From the NCBI RefSeq assembly GCF_009914755.1, contig NC_060928.1: 64,000 nucleotides of DNA. One strand, given 5' to 3'. The notes beneath the pieces were generated by a model. It was not told the origin of the DNA, ran no database searches, and was given only the letters and a program-made list of their open reading frames with translations. Source of the DNA: the human T2T-CHM13v2.0 reference genome, Homo sapiens. This document shows, one piece after another, positions 9,367 to 24,246 of the stretch; position 1 is the stretch's first letter; each line of letters begins with the position of its first letter. A program made the translations under genes and the position numbers.

Positions 9367-12300
9367 GGGGTGAAGCAAGATGGTCAAATAGAAGGTTTGA
9401 CCACCCACCCCCCACCCCGGCTAGGAACACAATTTAACTGCTATCTACACACACAAAAAGCACCTTTATAAGAACCAAAAATCAGGTGAGTAACCACAAT
9501 ACCTGGTTTTAATTTCATATTACTGAAAGAGGCACTGAAGAAGCCAGGAAAGACAGTTTTGATTTGCCAATGCCGCCAGTCCTCCATCCCCCAGCAGCAG
9601 CAGCCTTGTGGCTTGGGAAAGGGAGAGTGCAGTGATTGGGAGACTTTGAATTGAACTCAGTACTGCTCTGTCATAGCAGAAAGCAAAACTAGGCTGAACT
9701 CAGCCAATTTCCCTCAGAGGAAATAGCCCATACCAGTGGTGAAAACTTGAGTTTCAGTAAAGTGCTCTGGGGCCCCAAATAACCTTAAAGGCAGCCTAGG
9801 CCACAAGGACAGCAACTCCTAAGCAAGCCCAAATGCTGAGCTCAGAGCCAGTAGACTTGGAGGGCATGCGACTTACTGAGACACCAGACAGGGGAGCTAA
9901 GGGAGTGCTTGTGACACCCCTACCCCAACCCCAGGTAGTGCTGTTAGTGTCTCTTCATCACTGCATGCCCTTTTCTAGCACTCATGCCTCTTTTACCCCA
10001 GCAGAGCTCTCTACTTGGAATGCAGCTACCCTCCTAAAAATGCTCCTCTCTCAAAAACTCTCAGCCACATTAGACCCTTCTGTTGCCTAATCCCAATGCA
10101 GTTAAAAAAACAAAACAAAAATAATCATTTGGATCCTTAGTGTCTGCATCAGTCCCAATGCTAGTGGCTGGAGTGATTAAAAACAGCACGAAGAGACCCA
10201 TTCCTTCTGCTTGAAGAGAAGAGGGGGAAGAGTAAAGAGGACTTTGTTATCTTGAATATCAGTTTAGCCACAGTAGGACAGGGCATCAGTCTGAGTCATC
10301 AGACCCCCATCCCAGGTCCTAACTTGTGGATAACATTTCTAGACACATCCTGGGCCAGAAGGGAAACTGCTGCCTTGAAGGGAAAGAAACAGTCTGGGCA
10401 GGACCCATCACCTGTTGGCTAAAGAGCCCTTGGGTTCTCAATAGCCAGAAGCAATACCCAGGTAGTACACTGTGGTTCTTGGGTGTGACTCTGAGATCTG
10501 CTGGTTTCAGGTGAGACCCAGTATATTCCCAACTGTGGAGGCTAATGTGAGAGACTCCTTCTGCTTGACAAAAGCAGAAGGAAAAGTAAAGAGGATGTTT
10601 TCCTTCCCCTTAGGTACCAGCTCAGCCACAGGGAGGTAGAGTACTAAGCAGGCTCTTGGGGTGGTCTTCAATGCCCAGACACCAATGAATATCCAAAAGC
10701 TTCCAGACCACCCAGGAAAACATGACCTCACCAAACAAACTAAATAAGTCCCCAGGGAACAACCCTGGAGAAATAGAGATATGTGATGTTTCAGACAGAG
10801 AATTCAAAATCAATATCTTGAAGAAACTCAGAGAAAATTAAGATAACACAGAAAAAGAATTCAGAATTCTATCAGATAAATTTAATAGAGATATTGAAAT
10901 AATTTTAAAGAATCAAGCAGAAATTCTCAAGTTTAAAAATGCAACTGACATACTGAAGAATGCATCAGAGTCTTTCAATAGCAGAATTGATTAAGGAGAA
11001 GAAATAGTGCACTTTTAAAGACAGGCTATTAGAAAATACAGTCAGAGAAGACAAAGAAAAAAGAATAAAAAATAATGAAGCATGCCTACAAGATCTAGAA
11101 AATTACCTAAAAAAGCAAATCTAAGAGTTACTGGCCTTAAAGACAAGGTCGAGAAAGAGATGGGGTAGAAAGATTATTCAAAGGGATAATATCAGAGAAC
11201 CACTCAAACCTATAGAAAAGTATCAATATCCAAATACAAGAATTGTATAGAACACCTAGCAGATAAACCCAAAGATGACTACTCCAAGGCATGCAATAAT
11301 CAAATTCCCAGAGGTCTAGGATAAAGGATCCTAAAAGCAGCAAAAGAAAAGAAAGAATTAACAAACAATGGAGCTGCAATACATCTGGCAGCAGACTATT
11401 CAGTGGAAACCTGACAGCCCAGGAGAGAGTGGCGTGACATACTTAAGCTGCTGGAGGGAAAAAACTTTTACCCTAGAATAATATATACAGCAAAAATATT
11501 CTTCAAACATGAAGGAGAAATAAAGACTTTCTCAGACAAACAAAAGCAGAGGGATTTCATCAACACCAGACCTGTCCTACAAGAAATGCTACAAGGAGTT
11601 ATTCAATCTGAAAGAAAAGGATGTTAACAAGCAATAAGAAATCATCTGAAGATATAAAACTCCCTGGTAATCGTAAGTACACAGAAAAACACCGAATGTT
11701 ATAACACTGTAACTGTGGTGTGTAAACTACTCTTATCTTAAGTAGAAAGACTAAATGATGAACCAATCAAAAATAATAACTACGACAACTTGTCAAGACA
11801 TAGACAGCACAATAAAATATAAGGAGAAACAACAAAGAGTTTAGAAGCAAGGGGAGGAAGTTAAGGTGTAGAGCTCTTATTAGTTTTCTTTGTTTATGTA
11901 ATCAGTGTTAAGTAATTACTAACATAAAATAGTGGGTTATAAGAAGATAGTATTTGCAAGGCTCACGAGAACTTCAAGTCAAAGAAACACAATGAATACA
12001 CAAAAATAAAAAGCAAGCTATTAAATCATACCACCAGAGAAAATTACCTTTGCTAAAAGGAAGACAGGGAGAAATGAAAGAAGGAAGAGAAGACCCCAAA
12101 ACAACCAAAAAGCAAATAAAGAGCAGGAGTAAGTCCTTACTTATCAATAATAATATTGAATTAAATGGACTAAACTCTGCAATCAAAAGACATAGAGTGG
12201 GCGAATGGATTAAAAAATAAGACCCATTGGTCTATTGCCTACAATAAACATATGTGACCTATAATGACACAAATAGACTGAAAATAAGGAACATAAAAAG

Positions 12301-12968
12301 ATATTCCAAGCCAATGGAAACCAAAAAAAGAGCCGGAGTAGCTATATTTATATCAGACAAAACAGACTTCAAAACAAAAACTATCAGAAGAGACAAAGGT
12401 CATCATATAATGAGAAAAGGCTCAATTCAGTAAGAGGATCTAACAATTGTAAATGTATATGCACCAAACCCTTGAGCATCTAGACATATAAGGCAAATAT
12501 TATTAGAGCTAAAGAGACTGCTAGACCTCAATACAATAACAGCTGGAGACTTCAACATCCCACTTTCAGCTTTGGACAGATATTCTAGACAGAAAATCAA
12601 CAAAGAAACATCAGACTTAATCTGCACTGTAGAATGAGCCTCATAGATATTTACAGAACATTTCATCCGATGCCTGCAGAATAGACATTCTTTTCTGCAA
12701 CACATGGATCATTCTCAAGGATAAACCATATGTTAGGTCAAATCAAGTCTTAAGACATTTTTTAAAAACCTGAAATAGCATCAAGCATCTTCCCTGACTA
12801 CAGTGGAATAAAACTAGAAATCAATAACAAGAATGATTTTGGGGACAGATACCCCATTTACCCTTATGCCTTATTACACATTGCATGCCTGTACCAAAAT
12901 ATCTCACATAACCCATAAATATATGCACCTACTCTGTATTCACAAAAATTTTAAATTAAAAAAAAAAC
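9367..12968 (+). mobile_element. Old L1 (L1MA-type): 5'UTR, decayed ORF1 and ORF2 endonuclease region, then a large internal deletion to the last ~125 bp of the 3'UTR
   Basis: ggggtgaagcaagatgg start; colinear with the L1 at 16244; jumps at ~12840 to ggggacagataccccatttaccc...aaaaattttaaattaaaaa. Confidence 0.9.
9941..10187 (+). repeat. Diverged direct copy of 7868-8131 inserted in the L1 5'UTR
   Basis: Shared gcctcttttaccccagcagag, gcagctaccctcctaaaaa, cattagacccttctgttgcctaatcccaatgca, atcatttggatccttagtgt, caatgctagtggctg. Confidence 0.93.
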
Positions 12969-12989
12969 AGAAGTAGTGAGAGTAACACC

Positions 12990-13185
12990 CACACTTAACG
13001 AGCATTTACTATGAATGAGGCGCTGGGCCCAGTGCTTTAAATGAATTATTTTATGTAACCTTAGCAACAACAGCAGTTTGAGATCATATTATCTCTATCA
13101 TAAAGATAAGGCTAAAATAGGTTCAGTAACCTGAGGTCACCAAGGTAGTAAGTCAAGCACTAAATTTGAACTCAGATCTGGCCCA
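12990..13185 (-). mobile_element. MIR
   Basis: gagcatttactatg...agtgctttaaatgaattatt...aggtcaccaaggtagtaagt...tttgaactcagatctg. Confidence 0.6.
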
Positions 13186-15589
13186 TGATCACCAATGCAC
13201 CAGAAGATAACATAAAACCTTTTCAGGCCACTGCCACATTGGATTGAAATGGGTGGCTATCTGCCTTACGGTAGGGCACCAAATGCTTCAACTGTTTTCA
13301 CCCATTTCCATACCATATACCAACATCTCCACCTGGACCATTGTGGTTGTTCAATAAGTGAGTGAATTAATAATAAACATAGAACACAATATTATGACCT
13401 AGTCTGGGCAGCCTTTTGCAGGCAGTGACAAGACCTAAGGATTTGTTCCATTCAATTCCACTTGGAACTCTCATTCTACAATCCAGCAATTTAGCTCAAC
13501 TGAATGCCTATGTCATTTGTTACATGCAAGGCTAGAGGGTGAGATGTTTATTCCGACACACACACTCAGAGTCATTAGATGCAAAAGCTTAGATGTCCCT
13601 TTCTGAAATTACTGCTCATTTTTCCTGCCCAGATGAAATCTAATCATGAAATAGCATGATGTTCTAGAAAGAGAACTGGACTGAGAGCCAGGAGATTCAT
13701 TCAGGCTCCATCAGCTGCCAACATGGGCCCTGGTAAGTCAGCAACCTTCCTGAGCCTTACACTCCTCATCAGCACAATAGCTGTGCTCAGTGACCACATG
13801 GGCTAGCGGCTGAGGAAAGGTTTTAGTTATTTTTCTCTGAGTCACTAAGACTAAAACAAAATAGGTTTGTGCTCAAATTATTCCAATTAACCTAATAATT
13901 TCTACCATGAATAACCATGCTTTAAAAAAAAAATTATGTGTTTGTATAACCAACACACATGGCAGGATATGACCCTGAAAGAAAGAGAGCTGTGTCATCT
14001 CATCACATGCTGCTCTGTTCTCTTAAGACTGAAATTTGTGTACCAGATAGTCAAGGAGAGAGGGAGAAGAAAGGAGAAGAGGAAGGAGAAAGAGAGAGAG
14101 GGGGATTGAATAGCTTCATGCAAGCCACAGTTGTCCTGTAAATATTTAACTTCATGAGTTCCTGTTCCTCTGGTCTTTTTGGTTTTTTTTTTTCCTTCCT
14201 TGCTCTGCACTTGGATACCAAAATAGCATTGCTGGTGTTTAATAACCAAAAGCCAGGAAAACATTCTTCTTGTACTTCAAGCACCTTCAGGTATGATTCG
14301 TAACTTGTCATCAAACCCATTCCACACTAACTCAAAGGCAGAGGAAGAAAACTTCAATCCAGCTTGAACAAAGGGGAGGAAAGGGCAAGATGGAGCCTCA
14401 GAGCTTGGATTCGGAATGTGAAAGCTGGGGAGCAGTTGGAAAATTCAGTCACACGTTGATGGGGGCTGTGAAGAGTAGTTTTATCTTTCACGAGTCAAAA
14501 TCTGGTTTTCAATGATCATTTCAAATAAAGTTCTCATCTCTAGAGCCAGCTTTCATCTGTGCGTTTCCCTCTGACATCATTTTTAATATGCGCCAACTCC
14601 AATGGGGCTTTGTAACTTACCTTTAGTAACCATGTGGAAAAAAGGAGAGCAGCACAAAAAGCATCCGGGTACTTTCTCTCACTTGCTCCAGGAAGGGGAG
14701 ATTCCATCCACCGAAGTGCTGTGGAGGGATTGCTGAAGCGGGCAGCCAGGAGAATTCCATAATTTCTGATTCTATAGTTGTCAATTTTTATCATAATCCA
14801 TAAAAGTTTCACCCAACAACTTACAATTTATAGAACAGCAAAACATATGTCAATGATAAGCAATGTTTTACCTTTCTGGGAATAATTACTATGACTAGCT
14901 TTCTCTAAAGACTTATTAATTTGCCCTTATTCCCATCATCATCTGAAAGTACGTATTAAGCATCTGTTAGTCAGTCATTCCATCAGTAATATTCACTCTG
15001 CACCTATTATAGGTCGGAGTTAGGGACTCTAGTTACTGAAATGACCTCTGGCCCAGAACATACATGTGAAAATAAACTTTTTATCAAATGCTGTCTTTTT
15101 TTCATACTGACCCCTTGCATATTTACCCCATGTGAAACATTTTTCTTAAAAGCAGTCTCTGCAAAATTCTCTTCTGCTTCATATTTTATCTGCTACCTGA
15201 GCTACAATCAGATATTTTAAACCCAGAAAACCTCATGCTAATTCAAGCACTCTTCCTTTTTGCCAGAGCAATCAAAGTGTTAAATTATAGTGCCAGCCAG
15301 CCACTTATATACAGAAGTGAAAAAGAATAGCAATTTTTATATAGTGGGAAAACCATGGGATGTGAAGGTCAAACAGACCTGGGAATGGGTCCTAGCTCTG
15401 CTATTCCATTCATTCTCTCATTCATTCACTTACTCATGCATTCAACAGATGTTGATTGTGTCATTTCTGCAGGACAGACTGAGCAAAGAGATATGGCAGA
15501 GAAGAAAACAAAGCCCCCTGCCCTCCCAGAGATTATCGTCTTACAGAGGAGAGCACTAAACCAGCCACCAAATCTATAGGCATGTCACT

Positions 15590-15735
15590 GTATAGCCTTA
15601 AATAAGTTCACCTTAAATACTTCAGCTCTCTGAATTTCAGTCTCCTCACCTATAAAATAGAGGTCTTGCAAAGATTAAATGAGGTTATATATGTGTAATA
15701 CCTGGCACACAGTAGGCAATAAACGGTAGCTATTA
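15590..15735 (+). mobile_element. MIR
   Basis: tcagtctcctcacctataaaatag...gattaaatgag...cctggcacacagtaggcaataaa. Confidence 0.7.
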
Positions 15736-16027
15736 TTTCTGCTCTATTTCTTTGTCAAACTCTCTGTCACTCCCACCACATCCTCTTTTTAAAAATTTTT
15801 CCAGTTTCCTAAATTAATAATACAGGGCTATTGAATCCACAAGCTAAATCTTCATTTCACAAATATTTACATATTACATCTTGAGGATTTGGAAGGTTCC
15901 AGGCTAGAAAGATCTAAGGAGCTAGAAATATGCTGTAAGCCTGTAAGCGGGACCATCTAAGGGAATTACTCTCTATAATTACCCTCTAGGAATCACTGGA
16001 GTCTCGAAAGGTGAGTGCCTTGATTGT

Positions 16028-16070
16028 ATTTCGATTGGCTAGGCTATATTTCAATTGGCTAGGCTATATT
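16028..16070 (+). repeat. 20-bp tandem duplication (atttcRattggctaggctat x2)
   Basis: Read directly; one mismatch. Confidence 0.85.
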
Positions 16071-17819
16071 ACAATTCTGCAAGAGTAGAAGTTAAATTTT
16101 AGAAGACCGATAGCAATGCTAATGAATGTTCTCCAGGAGGTATCAATTCATCTCTACCCTGTAGAAAAGATCCCAAACATAGAATTTTATTGCCCTATAG
16201 GATACTGAAAAGTTTTACATCTATTAGAAAATATTCATTTCAGGGGGCAGAGCAAGATGATCACATAGAGACCTCCACTGATCACCACGGGAACACCACA
16301 TTTTAACAACTATCTGCATATAGAAAAGCACCTTCATGAGAACCAAAAATCAGGTAAGCAATCACAGTGCCTGGTTTTAACTACCTATCACTGAAAGAGG
16401 CACTGAAGAGGGTAGTAAAGACATCTTGAATCACTTATGCCACCCCCCAACATCCCTCAGAAGCAGCCATGTAGCATGGAGAGAGAATCTGCACATGGGG
16501 GAGAGAGAGCACAGTGGCTGGGGGCTTTGCATTGATCTCAGTGCTGCAAAGAGCAAGAGCGGAGAGGAAAACCATGCTGAACTCAGCCTGCGCCTACCCA
16601 CAGAGGGAGCATTTGGATCAGACCTAGTCAGAGGGGAAGTGCCCATCCCAGCAGTTGGAAATTGAGTTTCTAGGAGAGCATTGCTACTGCAGGCTAAAGT
16701 GCTCTGGGGTTCCACGTGAACTTGAAAGGCAGTCTAGGGCACAAGGACTGCAATTTTTAGGCAAGTCCTGATGCTGTGCTGGACTTAGAGACAGTGGACT
16801 AGGGTAGAGCATGATCTAGTGAGACACCAGGTAGGGTGGCAGGGGGAGTGCTTGCTCCACCCCTCTCTCAATCCCAGGCAGCGTAGCTCACAGCAACAAA
16901 AGTGACTCTCCTTCTGTTTGAAGACAGGAGAGTGAAGAGTAAAGAGGATTTTGTCTTGGATCTTGGATACCAACTCAGCCAGAGTAGGACAGGGCAGTGG
17001 GCAGAGTTGTGAGGCCCCCATATCAGGCTCTAGCTCCCACAGGACATTTCTAGAAACACCCTGAGCCAGGAGGGAACATGCTGCCTTGAGGGGAAGAATC
17101 CAGTCCTGGCAGGATTCATCACCTGTTGATTAAAGAACTCATGGGCCCTTAATAACCAACAGCGATATACAGGTAGAAAACTTGCTTCTTGTGTGAGACT
17201 CTGAGACGTCCTGGCTTCAGGTATCAGGTAGGTCACAGTGGAGGAGAGCACCAAACAGTCTTTGGGTACCTGAGTCTAGGCCCAGGCACTTGGACAGCAT
17301 TTATAGACCTGCCATGGGCCAGATGAAAGCCCACTGCCCTAATGGGCAGTATTCACCACAAGCTGAATGAAAAGCCCTGGGCCTTAAGTGAACATCATTG
17401 GTGGCCTGGCAGAGCTCCTTGTGGGTCAGTGGTGGTGGTGGCCACAAGGAGAGGTTGATCTGCCTCTGAGAGCAGGAAGGAAGAGGGAGAAGGACTTTGT
17501 CTCATGGTTTGAGTAGCAGTTTAGCTACATTAGAATAGAGCACCAGATGGATTACTAAGGTTTTTGATCCAATCCCTGGCTGCAAGACAGTATCTGTGGA
17601 CCCACCCAGGGCCTGAGGGAGCTCGTTGCCCTGAAGTAAAGGACACAAGCAAGGCTAACTTCACCAGCTCCTGATTGTAGAGCCCTACGGCCTTGATTAA
17701 ACATAGATGGTAGCCAGGTAGTGGTTACATTAGGCAGTGGAGAAGACCCAGTCCAGTCTCAGTGGTGGTGGCCACAGGAGTGCTTGTGTCACACCATCCC
17801 CAATATCCAGGCAGGTAAG

Positions 17820-17937
<118 letters not shown>

Positions 17938-18579
17938 CCATAAGCTTGGGAAAAAGTAAGGAAAGAGAACAAGAGTCCCTGCATGGTAATCCAGAGAATT
18001 CTTCCAGATCTTATACAAGACTACCAAGGTGGTACCTCTACAAGTCTGCAAGAATCATAACATTACTGGGCATGAGACCCAAGTCACTTTGAATAACTGG
18101 AAAGCATTCCCAAGAAGGATGGGCACAAACAAGCCCAGAATATGAGGACTACAATAAAAACCTAACTCTTTGATTCTCAGACACCAGTGAACATCCACAA
18201 GCATCCAGACCATCTAGGAAAACATGACCTCATTAAACAAACTAAATAAGTCCCCAGGGAACAACCCTGGAGATACAGAGATATGTGACCTTTCAGACAG
18301 AGAATTCAAAATAACTGTCTTGAGGAAACTCAAAGAAAATTAAGATAACACGGAGAAGGAGTTCAGAATTCTATCAGATAAATGTAAGAAAGACATTGAA
18401 ATAATTTAAAAGAATCAAGAAGAAATTTTCAGTTTAAAAATGCAATTATCATACTGAAGAATGCATCAGAGTCTTTCCACAGCAGAATTGATCAAGGAGA
18501 AGAAAGAAATTGTGAACTTGAAGACAGGCTATTTGAAAACACACAGAGGAGACAAAAGAATAAAGAATAAAAAACAATG

Positions 18580-19533
<954 letters not shown>

Positions 19534-22500
19534 AATGAAGTATGCCTACAAGATCTAGAAAATTACCTAAAAAAGACAACCTAAGAGTTATTGGCCTTAA
19601 AGAGGAGGTAGAGAAAGAGATAGGGGTAGAAAGATTATTCAGAGGGATAATATCAGAGAACTATCCAAACCTATAAAAAGGTATCAGTATCAAAGTGTAA
19701 GAATGTTAGAGAACACCAAGCAGATTTCACCCTGAGAAGAGTCCCTCAAGGCATAATCAAACTCCCAAAGGCCAAGGACAAAGAATCCTAAAAGCAGTAA
19801 GAGAAAAGAAACAAATAACAGACAATGAAGTTCCAATACATCTGGCAGCAAGCTTTTCAGTGGAAACCGGACAGGCCAGGAGAGAGTGGCATGACATATT
19901 TAAAGTCGTGAAAGTCAAAAACTTATACTCCAGAATAGTATACACAGCAAAAATATTCTTACAGCATGAAGGAGTAATAAAGACTTTCCCAGACAAACAA
20001 GTGCTGAGGAATTTCATCAACATCAGATCTGTCCTACAATAAATGCTAAAGACTTCAATCTGAAAGAAAAGGACATTAATGAGCAATAAGAAAAATCATC
20101 TGAAGATACCAAACTCACTGGTAATAGTAAGTGCACAAATAACACGGAATATTATAACACTGTAACTGTGGTATATTAACTACTCTTAAGTAGAAAGACT
20201 AAATGATGAATAAATAAAAAATAATAACTACCACAACTTTTCAAGACATAGACAGACAATGAGATATAAAGAGAAACAAAAACTTATAAAGCAGGGGGAT
20301 GAAGTTAAGGTGTAGAGTTTTTATTAATTTTCTTTCTGCCTGTTTGTTTGTTTATACAATCAGTGATAAATTGTCACTAGTTTAAAATAATGGGTAATAA
20401 GACAGTATTTGCAAGCCTCGTGGTAACTTCAAATCAAAAAACATACAACAGATACACAAAAAATAAAAAGAAAGGAATTAAATCGCTAGAGAAAACTGTC
20501 TTCACTAAAAGGAAGACAGAAAGGAAGGAAAGAAGGAAGAACGACCAAAAAAACAAAAAAACAAAACAAAACAACAGGCAGCAAATAAGAAAATTGCAGG
20601 AGTAAGTCCTTACTTATCAATAATAATGTTGAATGTAAATTGAGTAAAATATCCAATAAAAAGTCATAGAATGGCTAAATGGATTTTTTAAAAAGATCCA
20701 AGAGTCTGTTACCTATGAGAAACACACTTGACTTACAAAGATACTCAGACTGAAAATAAAGGGATAAAAAAATGTATTCCATGCCAATGCAAACCAAAAA
20801 AGAGCAAGAATAGCTATACTCATAGCAGACAATATAGGTTTCAAGACAAATACTATAAGAAGAGACAAAGAAGGTCACTATATAATGATAAAGGAATCAA
20901 TTCAGCAAAGGATAAGACAATTATAAATATATCTGTATGTACCCAACACTGGAGCACTGAGATATATAAAGTGAATATTATTAGAGCCAAAGAGAGAGAT
21001 AGACCTCAATACTATAATAGCTGGAGACTACAGCATCCCACTTTCAGCATTGGACAGATCTGCCAGACGGAAAATCGACAAAAAAACCATCGTACTTAAT
21101 CTGCACTAGAGAACAAATGAACTTCATAGATATTTACAGAACATTTCATGCAATGGCTGAAGAATATACATTTTCTCCTCAGCATATGGATCATTCTCAA
21201 GGATAAATCATATGTTAGGTTACAAAACAAATCTTAAAACACTAAAAAAAAAAAAACCCTTCAAATAATATCAAGCATCATCTCTGACCACGGTGGAATA
21301 AAACTAGAAATCAATAACAAAAAGACTTTTGGAAACTATACAAACACATGGAAATTAAACAATGTGCTCTGGAATGACCAGTGGGTCCATGAAGAAATTA
21401 AGAAGGAAGTTGAAAATTTTTTTGAAACAAATGACAATGGAAACACAACATACCAAAACCTATGGGATACAGTGAAAGCAGTACTAAGAGGGAAATTTAT
21501 TGCCATAAGTGTCTATATCAAAAAAAGAAGAAAAACTTCAAATAACCTAACAATGCCTCTTAACTAGAAAAGCAAGAGCAAACCAAACCCAACATTAGCA
21601 GAAGAAAATCAGTAATAAAGATTACAGCAGAAATAAATATAATTGAAATGAAGAAAACAATACAAAAGATCAACAAAAATAAAAAGTTGGTTTTTTGAAA
21701 AGATAATCAAAATGAACAAATCTTTAGCCAGACTAAGAAAAAAAAGAGAAGACTGAAATACATAAAATCAGAGACGAAAAAGGAGACATTACAACTGATA
21801 CTGCAGAAATTCTAAAGATCATTAGTTGCTGCTATAAGCAACTATATGCCAATAAATTGGAAAACCTAGAGGAAATGAACAAATTCCTAGACACATAAAA
21901 CTTATCAACATTAAGCCAGGAAGAAATCCAAAGCCTGAAAAGACCAATAACAAGTAACAAGACAGAAGCTGTAATAAAAACTCTCCCAGTAAAGAAAAGC
22001 CCAGAACCCAATGGCCTCACTGCCAAACATTTAAAGAACTAATACTAATCCCACTCAGGCTATTCTGAAAAGTAGATGAGGAGGGAATACTTTCAAACTC
22101 ATTCTATGAGGCCAGTATTATTCTGATACCAAAACCAGACAAAGACACATCAAAAAAAGAAAACTACAGGCCAATATTATTGGCAAATATTGATGCAAAA
22201 ATTCTCAACAAAATACTAACAAACCAAATTCAACAATACATTAAAAAGATCGTTTATCATGACCAAGTGTGATTTATCCCAGGGTTGCAAGAATAATTCA
22301 ACATACACGAATCATTCAATGTGATACATCATCATATCAACAGAATGAAAGACAAAAACCACATGATCATTTCAATTGCTGATGAAAATCATTTGATAAA
22401 ATTCAACACTGTTTTGTGATTTAAAAAAAAAAACCTTTAAAAAACTGGAAATAGAAGAAACATACCTTAACATAATAAAAGCCATATACAACAGACCCAC

Positions 22501-23558
22501 AACTAGTATCAGACTGAATGGGGATAAACTGAAAGCCTTTCCTCTAAGATCTGGAACAAAAGAAGGATGTATATTTTCACCACTGTTATTCAACGTAGTA
22601 CTGGAAGTCCTAGCTAGATTAATCAGACAAGAGAAAGAAATAAAGGGCATCCAAACTGGAAAGGAAGAAGTCAAGTTATCTGATTTTCAGATGATAGGAT
22701 CTTTGGAAAAACCTAAAGACTCCACTAAAAAACTATTAGAACAGATAAACAAATTCAGTAAAGTTGCAAAACAAAATCAACATACAAAAATTAGTCACAT
22801 TTCTATATACTAATACTGAACAATCTGAAAAAGAAATTTAAAAAATGATTCTATTTACAACAGCCAGAAACAAAAATTAAATTCCTAGGAATTAACAAAA
22901 GAAGTAAAGGCTCTCTACAGTGAAAACTATAAAACACTGATGTAAGAAGTGGAAAATAGCACACAAAAAATGGAAGATAATCCATGTTCATGGATTGAAA
23001 GAATCAATATTGTTAAAATGTTCATGCTACCCAAAGCAATCTACAGATCCAATGCAATCTCTATTAAAATATGAATTACATTCTTCAAAGAAATAGAAAA
23101 AAAATCCTAAAATTTATATGGAACCACAAAAGACTCAGAATAGCCAAAACTAGCCTGAGCAAAAAGAACAAAACTGGAGGCATTACATTACCTGATTTCA
23201 AATTATACTACAGAGATATAGTAACCAAAATAGCATGGTAATGGCATAAAAATGGACACACAGACCACTGAAACAGAATAGAGAACCTAGAAACAAGCCC
23301 ATATACCTAAAGTGAACTTGTTTTTAACAAAGATTCCAAGAACAGACACTGCAGAAAAGACAGTCTCTTCAATAAATGGTGCTGAAAAAACTAGATATCC
23401 ATATGCAGAAGAATGAAACCAAACCCATATCTCTGGCCATACACAAAAATCAAATAAAAATAAATTAAATACTTAAATCTAAGACCTCAAGCTATTAAAC
23501 TACTATAAGAAAACATTGGAGAAACTCTCCAGGATATGGGATTAGGCAAAGATTTCTT

Positions 23559-23853
23559 CTTTTTTTTTTTTTTCTGAGACAGTGTCTTGCTCTGTCACCC
23601 AGGTTGGAGTGCAGTAGCGCGATCTCGGCTCACTGCAAGCTCCGGCTCCCGGGTTCACGCCATTCTGCCTCAGCCTCCGGAGTAGCTGGGACTACAGGCG
23701 CCCGCCACGACGCCCGGCTAATGTTTTGTATTTTTAGTAGAGACGAGGTTTCACCGTGTTAACCAGGATGGTCTCGATCTCCTGAACTCGTGATCCGCCC
23801 GCCTTGGTCTCCCAAAGTGCTGGGATTACAGGCGTGAGCCACCGCGCCCAGCC
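23559..23853 (-). mobile_element. AluY inside L1 ORF2
   Basis: gcaagctcc..gggttcacgccattct and ggatggtctcgatctcc diagnostics; CpG-rich; TSD aaagatttctt. Confidence 0.95.
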
Positions 23854-24098
23854 GTAAAGATTTCTTGAGGAATACCCCACAAACATAGACAACCAAAGCA
23901 AAAATGGACAAATGGGATCACATCAAGTTAAAAAGCTTCTGCATAGCAACGGAAGCAATCTACAAAGTGAAAAGACAACCCACAGAATGGCAGAAAATAT
24001 TTGCAAAGTACCCATCTGACAAAGAATTAATAACCAGAACCACTTTATAGTAAAAATATCTAATTGTCCAATTAAAAATGGGCAAAAGATCTGAATAG

Positions 24099-24246
24099 TG
24101 TGGGTGTGGTGGCTCATGCCTGTAATTCCAGCACTTTGGTAGGTCGAGGCAGGTGGATCACTTGAGCTCAGGAGTTTGAGACCAGCCTCAGCAACATAGT
24201 GAAACCCTGTCTTTATTTCTGAATAATAATAATAATAATAATAATA
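24099..24246 (+). mobile_element. Alu left monomer (FLAM-like) with (AAT)n tail
   Basis: gtggtggctcatgcctgtaattccagc...gaaaccctgtct; TSD aaagatctgaatag. Confidence 0.88.
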
